A stretch of DNA of 64,000 nt from assembly GCF_964204865.1 (NCBI RefSeq), contig NC_135252.1, forward strand, positions 16,988,001 through 17,052,000, given 5' to 3'. The notes beneath the pieces were generated by a model, which was given only the letters and a program-made list of their open reading frames with translations, was not told where the DNA came from and made no database searches. Of the stretch, positions 12,601 to 23,700 are shown in pieces. Positions within the stretch are counted from its first letter, which is position 1; every line of letters starts with the position of its first letter. The position numbers and the translations under genes were made by a program. The DNA comes from Styela clava (Eukaryota).

Positions 12601-15549
12601 CTACCCGGTTGGGAAACGCGAGTCTAACGAACAATTAATTTATCAGTTTTGAGGGTTGGTCAGTCAGTCAGTCAAGAAAAAAAAACGAAGAAACGTGAGT
12701 TAGGCAACTTTTTCAAGCTTGCAATTTGAGCGGTGAGATTTTGAGATAGTCAACTTCTCTCGACATTCTAAACTACAAATTTTTATTATAATATTCAGTT
12801 TGTTGGTGTAATACCCTCTTATTAGACCAAATATGCTACATTCACTCTGCATGACCCCTTTACAACTTTTAAAATAAATAAGTAGAGATAGTCCGTGCAT
12901 TCCACCAAATACTGAAAAATTCTGTTAAGTGTCTAAGTCAGTTCCCACATGCCCACATTTTTTATGATTCAAGGATGTTTCCTAAAACAATAAATGATTT
13001 CGATGTTTTTACCCCATCAGCTCCAATACTAGACACCAATGATTGCGAAATCGAAAGTAGTCAATCAAATGTGTGAAGTAGTCAAGATCTGTTGCATTTG
13101 CCTCGATGAATTTCATGATTTCAAGCTCTCGATGAAAGTAGATTTCGCTTCTATTATAGTAGAAATACATAAATATTATGGTCAAGGAAATCTAGAGAAT
13201 GATAGAATATCAAAATTAAATTATCATTTGGAAACATCTGGTGCATTTTAATGAGTTTATCGCCTACATTTTTGCATCAAATACGACTTGGCTCATATAG
13301 TTGGGCCGAATAATGTGAAAGAGTGAATTTTTCTGACTTTTTTTTTAACGGACGTCAATGGGGCAGCAATTGTTAATAACAAATGATACAATTATTTTCT
13401 GTCTGATATGTCTGAACGTGCCATTTCAATTTGATCTTGTTTCGTTTATTACGGCTGTGTTTGACCTAAATATTCGGTGAATAATTATATACTCGTACAG
13501 AGTGACCCAAAAAATACAATCAATAAATATTTTGATTACTTCTACAAAAATATAAGAATATTTATTTAACACTTGAATTATTTTTTGTTTGTATATAATC
13601 GTGTATGCAAAGGTTTCAGTGACCTGGGATGCTTTGCACAAAACTTATGTTCCTTCTAGGATATGGTTCCAAATGGATGGGTTTTGTTTTTTGTGTTACC
13701 TTGTATATGAAAGTCAACTCACTTCATATTACCAGTCACAATTTTCAATGCAACGCTTTCATTATTAGAGTGATCAATCGCTTCCACCACAATTCCTTGC
13801 AATCCCATCCCAAGTTCTCTAACTATCTCATATCTGTATGCGATGTGATCTCGAATTGCCTTGTGCAAAAAAGTTTTATTCAGATTAGAATTCATAAACT
13901 GGCGAATAAAATACCGTAACAACTAAAGACTCTGTTTTAGATGAACTTTGATTGTGCAGGTCGAATAGACAAACGAAATCACCATGCTGTAATCTGATAA
14001 GATGCATGTTTTTTTACATTCAGATTTATATGTAATAATCACGTTAGGATGTAGAAAATGTTATTGTTTTAGAAATAATTGAGTTCTCACCAATTTATAA
14101 TGTCCTTTCTTAGCTCCAGATGAATAATCAAATCCATAGTTATCATAGGCAGTTGGATGACTTTGTGTTTTGTTCGCATCGAGACCGAGGTACCAAATAT
14201 TAGAGTAACTGAAAATTTCATTTTGTTCCCATGGACTCAGATACTTTCCAAACGTTCTGATGGCATCTGTATCACATTAAGTATATGCATAAACGCATTG
14301 GACCTTTAAATAATTTGTGTTTTCATGTTTGAAACTGAATCATTTGAATGAACTAGTAATTTCGAAGAGAAAATTATGATTTAATTGGGAACGAAATGCA
14401 AGAGGACGACGAGAGTTGAAGATATTTGATTGAAATTGCAAATATTGAGTTATCGAGTACAAACCTGTTGGTGTAATTGGAAATTTAACTTCCATTTCTT
14501 CACGTTGTAAAGTCGAAGTCTTGCCTTCATCATTATATATTCTGAAAATATTTTCGTCGAATAGAGGAATTTCAAATTCGTTTAAGGTCTCCTTATTTCG
14601 TCTTATATTCCTAAAAATCAATTTAAAAAAATAAATCATTGTTTTTTTCTGTATCAATAAATATTGTTGTTATAGATGTATTAAAAGTTTGTAGCATACG
14701 TTTTTCATAATAAAATAAAAAATAATTTCCATATCTTATTCTTAATATACTTTATAGTTTTTCTTCTTGGTTTTATGAATAAATTTTAAAACCATGGAAT
14801 TTTCCCAAATAAAACAAATTTTTCTTACTGGATTTCTTCAACGCTTTTATCGTCGCGCTTCATTATTTTTTTATTGGATTGGCTGTTGCTTGTCAAGATA
14901 TCTAGAAGGTGAATCATCAAGTTAAAAATGCTGCATAAAATCTCAACCCTTGGTAGAAGAAGATATTATTGGGTATTTTTTATAATCTTAAGCCCTCGTT
15001 AAAATATTTTATAATTTAATACAATCTGTTTCATTTTAGGAGTTCACTTACTGTAAATCGAGGCATTTATTTGCAAGCTATTTTAAACTTGGCAGAAGAA
15101 CCCCAATCAAAAATAAGTAATGTTTAAAATTGGATCCGTCCCAATTTTCCACTCAGTTGAGACCGCGAGCTAAGTTAAACAATGTATCTCGATTCTTTCC
15201 TGCAAATCTAAGCACACGCATAAATACTGTATTACTTACTTCTGTTTTCAGCGATAGAGTCCTCACTCCATTGGTTAAAAGGTATTTGCTTATTTACATC
15301 AAAATTATCTTTTTTGCCATCTTGTATCGAACTCGGAATTTTTGAGGTTTGCTCATTATCAAATTCATTGCTATTATCTCTTTCATTCACAATACGATGT
15401 GTATTGTCAGAATCGACAAAATATCTTATGTTCTTGTCATATTTCAATATATGGATATTTATATTCAAAAGTCCGTTCAAAGCAATCACGAGAATTGTAC
15501 AAATTACTATTGCACATAAAAATCTTCTTGATCGCCGAAAACTAAGCAT
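9656..15549 (-). CDS. Signal-anchored class II DYRK-like protein kinase, paralog 2, about 542 aa
   Basis: Exons: 15549-15240 (MLSFRRSRRFLCAIVICTILVIALNGLL + stem), 14901-14829, 14610-14465 (..FPITPT), 14266-14091 (DAIRTFGKYLSPWEQNEIFSYSNIWYLGLDANKT..NYGFD), 13859-13723 (DHIAYRYEIVRELGMGLQG..VALK), 13150-13013 (HRELE..FRNHWCLVLELMG), 12419-12299 (HSDVKP), 11933-11837 (ENIM..NQSEGQLLKLVDFGMSCIP), 10980-10735 (DHKCGDYYLQPRFYRSPE), 10151-10034, 9722-9656 (WDPKVRITAEEALRHPYLTIN*). All junctions are GT-AG and in phase. Confidence 0.88.
9763..9888. mobile_element. Palindromic MITE family A (intron of paralog 2)
   Basis: TIR ctcctgaagtatgtgcatcaagatg / cattttggttcgcatacttcaggag; same family as 11968-12200, 34126-34300 and 37387-37610. 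Confidence 0.7.
11968..12200. mobile_element. Palindromic MITE family A (intron of paralog 2)
   Basis: Long TIRs tcccgaagtatgcgaaccaagatggcggacatcggaa / ttccgatgtccgccatcttggttcgcatacttcggga with internal ggttagggtt / cctaaccctaacc motifs. Confidence 0.8.
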
Positions 15550-16199
15550 AACATTGCACTTTTATCTAAATTTTGCGTCTTCGTTATACAATGGTACCGT
15601 CGACTTGTATACTTGTGAAATGAATGTATCGAGAATCGAGATACTTAACTAGTTGTGGTCATGCGTTTATCGATTCCATATATGATTTTCAACAACTATT
15701 TTCTTTCCCAAGAGCTTCGAGTGCTGGTAATATCGACTCGAGTGGAAAATATTCTGATTAAATATAGATAACATAAAGTTTACCATTTTCATTTTTTGTG
15801 TAGTAGTATACAAATAAATACTCTTATCAGCGATTAAAATTTTAGCTCGGCTATGTAAAACAATAACTTTTCTATAATAATGTTTTAATAAACCTCACAA
15901 ATCGACTAACTCGAGAAAAAATGTTGCAATAATAATATGTCAATTCGAAATCTATTGTTAATTCGCTATGTAGAAAACCTGAATTCATAAATTTGCAATC
16001 CCATAGGAAAGTGCAGTTTGATTGTTCATCTTCATTCCTATCTAGCGCCTTATTATCTCCCTGGCATACCCGGGCTACTGAACTTTCAATGACTGAGCTA
16101 AGCGCAGGGAATAAACTATGGGATATTGTCAGGCATTTTATTACATTCAAGCGAATTAGAATGTCTACCATCTCTTTCACCTTTTTTTTTATCTTTTTC

Positions 16200-16380
16200 A
16201 CGCTGCCCTATCTCCCTAACCTTTATATCACCGACCCACTGCCCCATCGCTTCCAACTTTCCTATCCTAGACCCACTGCCCCATCTCCACAGCCTTTCTA
16301 TCACCTACCCACTGTCCTATCCGCAACCCACCCCGCAAAAACCCTCAACCCGCCGCCTACCTCACACTCTTATCCTACCC
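16200..16380 (+). repeat. Second copy of the C-rich subrepeat block of the foldback element
   Basis: cctatccgcaacccac..aaaaccctcaacccgccgcctacctcacactcttatccta is near-identical to 17520-17581. Confidence 0.75.
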
Positions 16381-17504
16381 AGAGGTGACGCTATTTGCAA
16401 TACATCTTGTTTTGTTGGATCAACAATGAATCAAAATAAACGATGTCTTAGCCTAGTTACATTGACTTATCAACAAACGCATAAGGATTAGGGGAAAAGG
16501 GGTTACCTCACTTTGCGAAAATCTAATGTTTTGGCGCACGATACACGGGACATCTAAAAGTAATAAAAAGTTTATAACTTCAGCTCAATGATTAAAATAA
16601 TGGGAGATCTTGAATAAATGCCTACATTTTGAAAAACAGTTAATCGTTACAGGGTGGATTTGTTTATTTGAATCTGTATCGGGAGGCTTGCAAAATACGG
16701 CTCTTTTGTACGAAGCCCTCGCCACTAATGTGAAATTTGTTGACGACAAATCTGAGTCTATTCAAAATGTTTTGTTTTATATTAATTCAATTGTGTGGCA
16801 ATGTAACCTGCGGTTGCGTCGACAAAATATAAACATCACTATGAAATATCACGACCATACAAAGTGTTTCAGACAGCCCGATTATATTTAGTTTTGATTC
16901 GTATTTCAGCGATGTTGAGAATTATAAAAATTTGATGTGTTCTTGCAACACTGACTCCGCTTTATCATAATACTACCACCCTACCATTTTCGAGATATCA
17001 ACGTTAGAAAAATCCCTAGGTCTGCGATGAAATATTAAACTCTATAATTTAGTAGTACAATATAAATGGATTGTACAGTGTTACCTCGGTAGTCGACAAA
17101 AACATTCGAGTCAAGAAAGCTTCATTTTTCGAACGAAAATTCGGATCTCCAACAGCCGAGCGGAGCGCGCGGCCGAGTGAGATGACAGGTCAAGACTGAC
17201 GGACGAAAATCTTGGTATGTAGTTTAGAAATTCCAAATCGTAATTTCGTCCTAATATGAAGCGTTAGTAAAGAAAAAAAACTTTCCAAAACTTTCACTAA
17301 GCAAAACCTGTATTGAATGTTTTATTTTTATTTCATACTGCAATATTTCATTAGATAACTTCATCTTTATGGATGCTGTTGTTCGTTTTTGTTGATGAAA
17401 ATTAATAGGCATCATACTATATATGACTAAAAAGTTTTGAGGCCCGCTTACTCAGCGGTGACTGATAAAATGGCCCGCGAGAGCAAATGGGTTCGTCACC
17501 CCTG

Positions 17505-19560
17505 TCCTAGACCCACTGCCCTATCCGCAACCCACTCCGCTAAAACCCTCAACCCGCCGCCTACCTCACACTCTTATCCTAGACCGACTGCCCTATCTCC
17601 ACAACCTTCCTATCACCTACCCACTGTCCTATCCGCAACCCACTACTCATCTATCCCGAACCACTCTCAACCCACTGCCTACCTCACCCCAACCTTTCCA
17701 TCATCGACCCACTGTCTTTTCCTCTCTCAACTTTCCTATCCCACAACTACCTTCTCTCTTTAAACCACTGCACTACCTGCATCAAACTTCCAGACCGCCA
17801 CCGACTGTCCTAAACATCTCAACTGAACTATCCTCGACCCACCGTCCCATACTAACCCCTGCCTAACCTAACCGCACTTTACCCACGCTCCGATCGTCAC
17901 CCCCAACCTTGCTTCATTGTGACTATTCAAACTTCCCGGTTGTATACGGCTCGAGTATGCCAATGAGATGATTGAAGATAAGCGTACGTCGACGAAACAA
18001 GCTCATAAGGTTGACGGCATTCGTGATATATTATTATGGGTATATTTGAATATGAAACAAACGTATAGCTTCGGTGAGTGTAAATGATGGCATAAATGTT
18101 TGAAATCTTCAAAAGTCACTCATTTAAATCATTTAAATGTAGGCCGCAATCCAAAATGATAAACAATCGCCATAATTGGTAGCTTAAACATTTGCTACTT
18201 GTTAGGCCACTGGTGATTTTGTGAGTGGGAACACGGCAGTTTTGAAAATATTGTAAACACTAATCAACAACAGTTTCTCCCATGGAATCAAATTAGGGAA
18301 AAGATGGGCAGTTTGCCGATTGCACTGGTTAGTTACACTATTTATAAGGCGGAATAAAGCGCTGATGTAGCCGGCGCGACTAAGGTACCATACGGGATCC
18401 ACCACTTCCGAAATGGTTTGCGCCCAAGCAGCTGCGTGGCCGAAACATGCGCCACGTAAGTCTGCTATGCTTTCAAAACTGATAATACTACCCGCATAGC
18501 GGAAATAAAAAGAAAAAAAGTTTCTACCACGAAAAGTTGTGGAAGGTGACCCTGTTCAGAGATAATGAACCATAAATTGTCTGTAGACGACGTCCTGAGT
18601 ATGACGGCTTTGATCTGGATTCCAGCCAGCCAGCCAGATCTGATACGCAAAAAAATAAAGACGCCCTCAGTGATATGCTTATGAAGCGCAATATCACGAC
18701 TCGGGCATGACGTCTTGTTATGATACTGACCTTTATAAAGAATACGCTTAGAACTTTGGATCGTGCTATAAAATTCTTGAATTAGCGAAGATGTCATCAG
18801 CGTTTAATTACTTTACCACAATTAATTTACTTTTAGATGTTCTGCAGCTCTTAATGTAAAAGCGGCGAACTGTTCCATTTCTTTCCACAATCTGATTCCC
18901 GGGCAAAACTGTTTTTTGCTGTTGCTCGTGTCAGTGGTTTGATGTTCGGTGTTTACAGGTGTTAATATTTTAAAAACAACCGTGCTTCAACTCACAAGAG
19001 CATCAGTGATCTACAAGTAGCAAATTTTTAACCTACCAATTATGGCGATTGTTTAAAGCCTAATAGAAACGGCAAGTGATGTAAATAAGTGCTTTCGAAG
19101 ATTCCAAACATTTTTGTCATCTACATTCATTGAAGCTTTTCGTTTGTTTCATTTTCAAATATACAGTACTCATAATAATATGTCACGAATGTTTCGTCGA
19201 CGTACGCTTCAATCATCCCATTGTCATACTCGAGCCGTAAAAAACCTGAGAGTTTGCTTAATTAGTAGAAAACAAGCTCGGGTGTGCCGATCGGATTTTG
19301 AGCATAGTTAGTTGAGGTGGTGGTGGGGGTGGTATAGGGGTATGGGCCCAGAGCAGCTAAGTTTAGGGGCTAGGTCAGTGGGTTGAGAATGAGTAGGTTG
19401 CGAGGGATAGGACAGTTGGTCGAGGCGGAGGAAGTTTGAGTGAGATAACACAGTGGGTCAAGGACAGCAATGTACAGGGAGATAGGACAGTGGGTCGAGG
19501 ATAGGGAGTTGAGGTAGATAGGCAGTTGATCGACGATAGGAAGGTTGGGGGTAGTATAGC
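17505..19560. mobile_element. Foldback-like element with long diverged inverted arms and GC-rich tandem subrepeats
   Basis: About 17930-18325 is the reverse complement of about 18855-19257 (e.g. gcgtacgtcgacgaaaca / tgtttcgtcgacgtacgc; aaacaatcgccataattggtag / ctaccaattatggcgattgttt). C-rich acccactg(c/t)cctatc subrepeats at 17505-17900 mirror G-rich gataggacagt(g/t)ggtcgagg repeats at 19300-19560. Confidence 0.7.
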
Positions 19561-19833
19561 CGTGTATCAACGTCTTTGTACTGGAAAGTCCGTTCAGAGC
19601 AATCACTGTCGCATATAAAAATCTTTTTGAACATTGAAAACTAAACATAACATTGCACTTTTATTATCCAAATTACGTGTCTTCGTTCCACAATGTTACC
19701 GTCGACTTGTAAAATGAATCTATCGAGATAACATGCAATTTAGATATTGTCATGCGTTTAGCGATTCGTTATATGTTTTTCCTTTCCCTAAAGTTTCGAG
19801 TGTTGGTAATATCGACTCGAGTTGAAAATATTC
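19560..19833 (-). pseudogene. Orphan truncated duplicate of paralog 2 first exon and upstream region
   Basis: 19580-19833 aligns by eye with 15470-15755 (shared cataacattgcactttta, accgtcgacttgta, gtaatatcgactcgagt). It encodes MFSFQCSKRFLYATVIALNGLS versus MLSFRRSRRFLCAIVICTILVIALNGLL, with a deletion in the hydrophobic segment. It runs into a repeat at about 19560 and has no stem or kinase exons of its own. Confidence 0.75.
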
Positions 19834-20711
19834 ATGTTTGCATGACAGTATGCTAATTACAAAAATCTTTTCGTTCACCAATGTGAAAAATCTGAATTTT
19901 TTCGAGTCTAGCAGTTTGGTTAATCACAGGGTCGAATCTTGCCTTTATGTGCCCTACGCACGTAAGACCTTGAAATGTCCCATACATAAGAAGTAATATT
20001 AATAATATATATTTATATATAATGAATCTAGTGTTCCATGTTATCTGAAACTGATTGAGCAGTTTCATTATTCCTATTATTGATTATTATTTCATTATTG
20101 ATCAATTTCAATGATATTTCGTGGAAACAGTACTCATGCCTACAAACATTCACAGAGGTTCGAGATCATACTTGAGAAAGGAAACTAAACATTTATTTCC
20201 ACCAGGCTCATATAGAGGTCTAAAATGTCTGACCAATGCGAATCATTTGCTAAACATGGAGGCACCATTGAAAATTCGTTTATAGGAATTTCTGTGATGC
20301 GCCATTTCCTTTGTCGTGCTAATCACGTGCTTACTGCTCGATATATCCTGCCTAATAAACTTTCTATGCTATGTAAAGTAAAGTAAACTATGTGAGTGTA
20401 TCTTGTATATTTATTTTATTATTGGAAATGTGAATATATATGTTCTTCATGAATATCATGAAATCTATATAATACATAATAAAAGAGCAATGAGGACCAA
20501 ATACTCCAATAAAGAAATCAAACAGAAATAAATATTATTAAATATTAATGGCAGGCAATCACATATTTTGTCAAGAATCGAAGAAGAAATAATTTATAAA
20601 ATTTATCTGTTTGTTTGATATTGTATTTTTCAATTCTTGTCGAAGATTCGGTAGACATGAAAAGATATCAATTATGTTGAAATTTTCAAAAGGATGTTAT
20701 TAATTCTCTTC

Positions 20712-23700
20712 TTAATGAAAGTATGGATGCTGTAGCGCTTCAACTGCAGTGATTCGCAAAGCCGGATCCCATCTAGAAAGAAAAGTATTTCACGATAAAA
20801 TGATTGTAAAAAAGATTCACTGTGAGTTGAGATATTTTTTTTGTTTTTTAATATATCGTCATCAAAATTGTGCGGCAGAGTGAAAAAAATTAGGGCAATT
20901 ATACAAGTGATATCTTACAAAACTAATTCTGATGAAGCTACAGACGCTGTTTAACAAAAGTGCAAAAAAAATTAAAAAAAAAAAAAGTCCAAACTTAGAA
21001 CAAACTCCAAACTTACTCAAGACACTTTGAAATTAAATCAAACAATAGCGGATCCATTCCTTTCAATGTTGTTTGCAGTGATTTTGTTAATTTTTTGAAA
21101 CGAAATTGATTCTGACGCACATAATTCATAGCTTCTGTGAATTAAAAATCCAAAACAGTAATAAATAAATATAAAACTATAAGTCATTAGTAATTTGGAA
21201 ATAGATTTTCATATTTATCCCGAGGCAGAGAGAAGTTGATACGATAGTGTTTCTTGTCCCCTTTATTACAATCTTATGCGTTCTCTTGATTACAAAAAAT
21301 CAAGTATAGGCGACGTTGGACTTATCAGCATCATGAACATAAATCGACTTCAAATATGTTTCAGTTTTGAATAATTTTTTGAAAGTTATACCAGTTCGGA
21401 GACTTGCGTGGTGGTTTTAATGTAAAATTAGACAGAAACTAACTTAGAATCTGCATAACAATGTAATGTTTTGAAATTATTCTAAGTCAGAGAAGGTCGC
21501 GGTGACTTGATGTAAAAGTAAATAATAGCTAAATCAGAATCTGCATAACAATGAAAAAACATGAGATAATTGAGTGTTTCAGCCCTAAGACGACTCTGAA
21601 CAAGCAACTACGTAAGAAGCTATGTCTTGGACGGGTCAGAGTATTTTGGTTCGACATTGCTTACTCATTTTTATTATAGTGGGAATGATGTTTAAATATG
21701 ATATATTTAAGCTACAAATTCCAACGGTATACCGTCAAACCATAAATAATTTCATCGTTGCAATGGCCATTAACATAACGTCGTCTTCTGCCACTTTGAA
21801 ACTCAAATTTTAGGATATATCGACTTCATTAATATTCAAAATATTCCATAAACGAATCAACCATTCTAGTTCAAAAAAATAATGCATGAATATGTTGTGA
21901 ATCGAATATACCGATAAAGATTGGACTCTTTGCATTGATCAGCATGTGAGCTGGTGGTAGACCCAGTATTCCGATGGTAGCGACGAATTGGTCAATTTCA
22001 TCTCTTCCTGCTATTGCGGGAACGCCAAGAAATAATTCTGCCAGTATAGTTCCCACGCTGAATATGTCGCACTGAGTTGTGAACGGTAAATACAGCATAT
22101 CTTCGGGTGATCGATAGTAATAAGGTTGTAAATGGTGATCCGGACATTTGAGTTCTGTGAAATTGCAATTATTTCTAATAAAGTAAATTACAGTAAAAGA
22201 CCAAAGTACTGCTCAAATATATCGACACGAAGATCGGGCATCGCTAGAGATACGGCAGGACTTAGCTGTCAAACAGGGCACCGATTTCACTGAAAAGACC
22301 GGCAGACAAGCGTGACGAAATAAAGTGTTCCCATTTATCATTAAAAGTATTCCTAGGATATTAAAATGAACAGCAGTATTTGGGATGAAAAATCGAGTCC
22401 GTAAGACTCGGGAGAAATTAAAAAAGTGATGGCCTTCTAGTGACCTCCACTAATTTTAAATACTGAAAAGATCCAGACAACAAGAAAAAAATCCTCACAA
22501 CTACAATATTATAGAAAAACCATAGGTCAACTTCGTATTCAATATAGTGTTCCATGTTCATTCAACATTTAAATCCATTGAATATAATTCATATTTTTAT
22601 AAATTTTCTAACACTCAATTATAAAAGAATAATTGTGTTTACATTTAAAATTTATCAAATACGGGATATATATTACAGAAATAAAGTATAAAAGATGAAG
22701 AACGAACCACTTTTTGAATCTGGAATACAACTGATTGCAAAATCGACAACTTTTACCAGTTGACCTTTGCTTTGTCTATTTTTTCCGTACATGTACAAGA
22801 TGTTGTCCTTTAATTAAACAAAAAATATTATAATAACAATTTTACCTAATAGAAATGAATTCGGTTTCAAAATGTAACGTGATATTGGTTCGATATCTTA
22901 TTTGATATCGCAAGACAAAGTTCTACTCAAGTTAAATACGTCATCAAATGAGTGTTATGTGTGAGTGTAATGAAATGCATAGAAAAAATGCTAGTCCTGC
23001 GAAATATAGGCCAAGTCTGTATGAAACTGCGCCAAAAATTGGAACGAAAATACGAATTGATTGGTAAACATCAAACAAGAGCAATACTTTTCGAAAAAAA
23101 TCCTCCTGCGATTATTTGATAAGAAATGTTGTTTGTAATTTGTTCTAGGTAAGAATAATATTTGAAAAATTTGGCAAATAGTTATTAAATGTGGGAAAGT
23201 GGGATTAATTACAAAAGTTTTCTTCCAAAAGATACCACATTTAAAGCATGTATAATATATATATAAAGAATTATAAATGATTACACTAACCTACGTTGAA
23301 ATGAGTAAAATTACCGGTTTTAAATCCATATGTACAATTCCAAGTTCATGAAGATAAAACATAGCATAAAAAATGTCCTTTGCAACACGCTTCATAATAT
23401 TGGCATCTTTAATCGGATAATGTGGTAGATCCTGCTCTAAGGAAGACCTGTACACGGATAGATGTTTTGTCGGGCTCACTGTTATATACTCTAAATCAGT
23501 GGTTTCGTCGGGGTTCAAATACCTATTATGTTTGTCACTATTATAATTTAAATTACTATCATTAAAAGATCTTTTTGCATTGCTAATATTAGGTTTACTT
23601 TTATATATATTATCGTAGTTAATACAATTCGGACAATGAAACTATTGTACAAGGGTTCCCCAACCCTACGGAACATTTCATTGGGATTCCGCTCCATCAA

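Noticed and set aside
15993-17763. Pro/Thr/His-rich ORFs (15993-16388, 16126-16491, 17437-17763)
   Set aside because: They are translations of the C-rich tandem subrepeat of the foldback element, with no splice or homology support.
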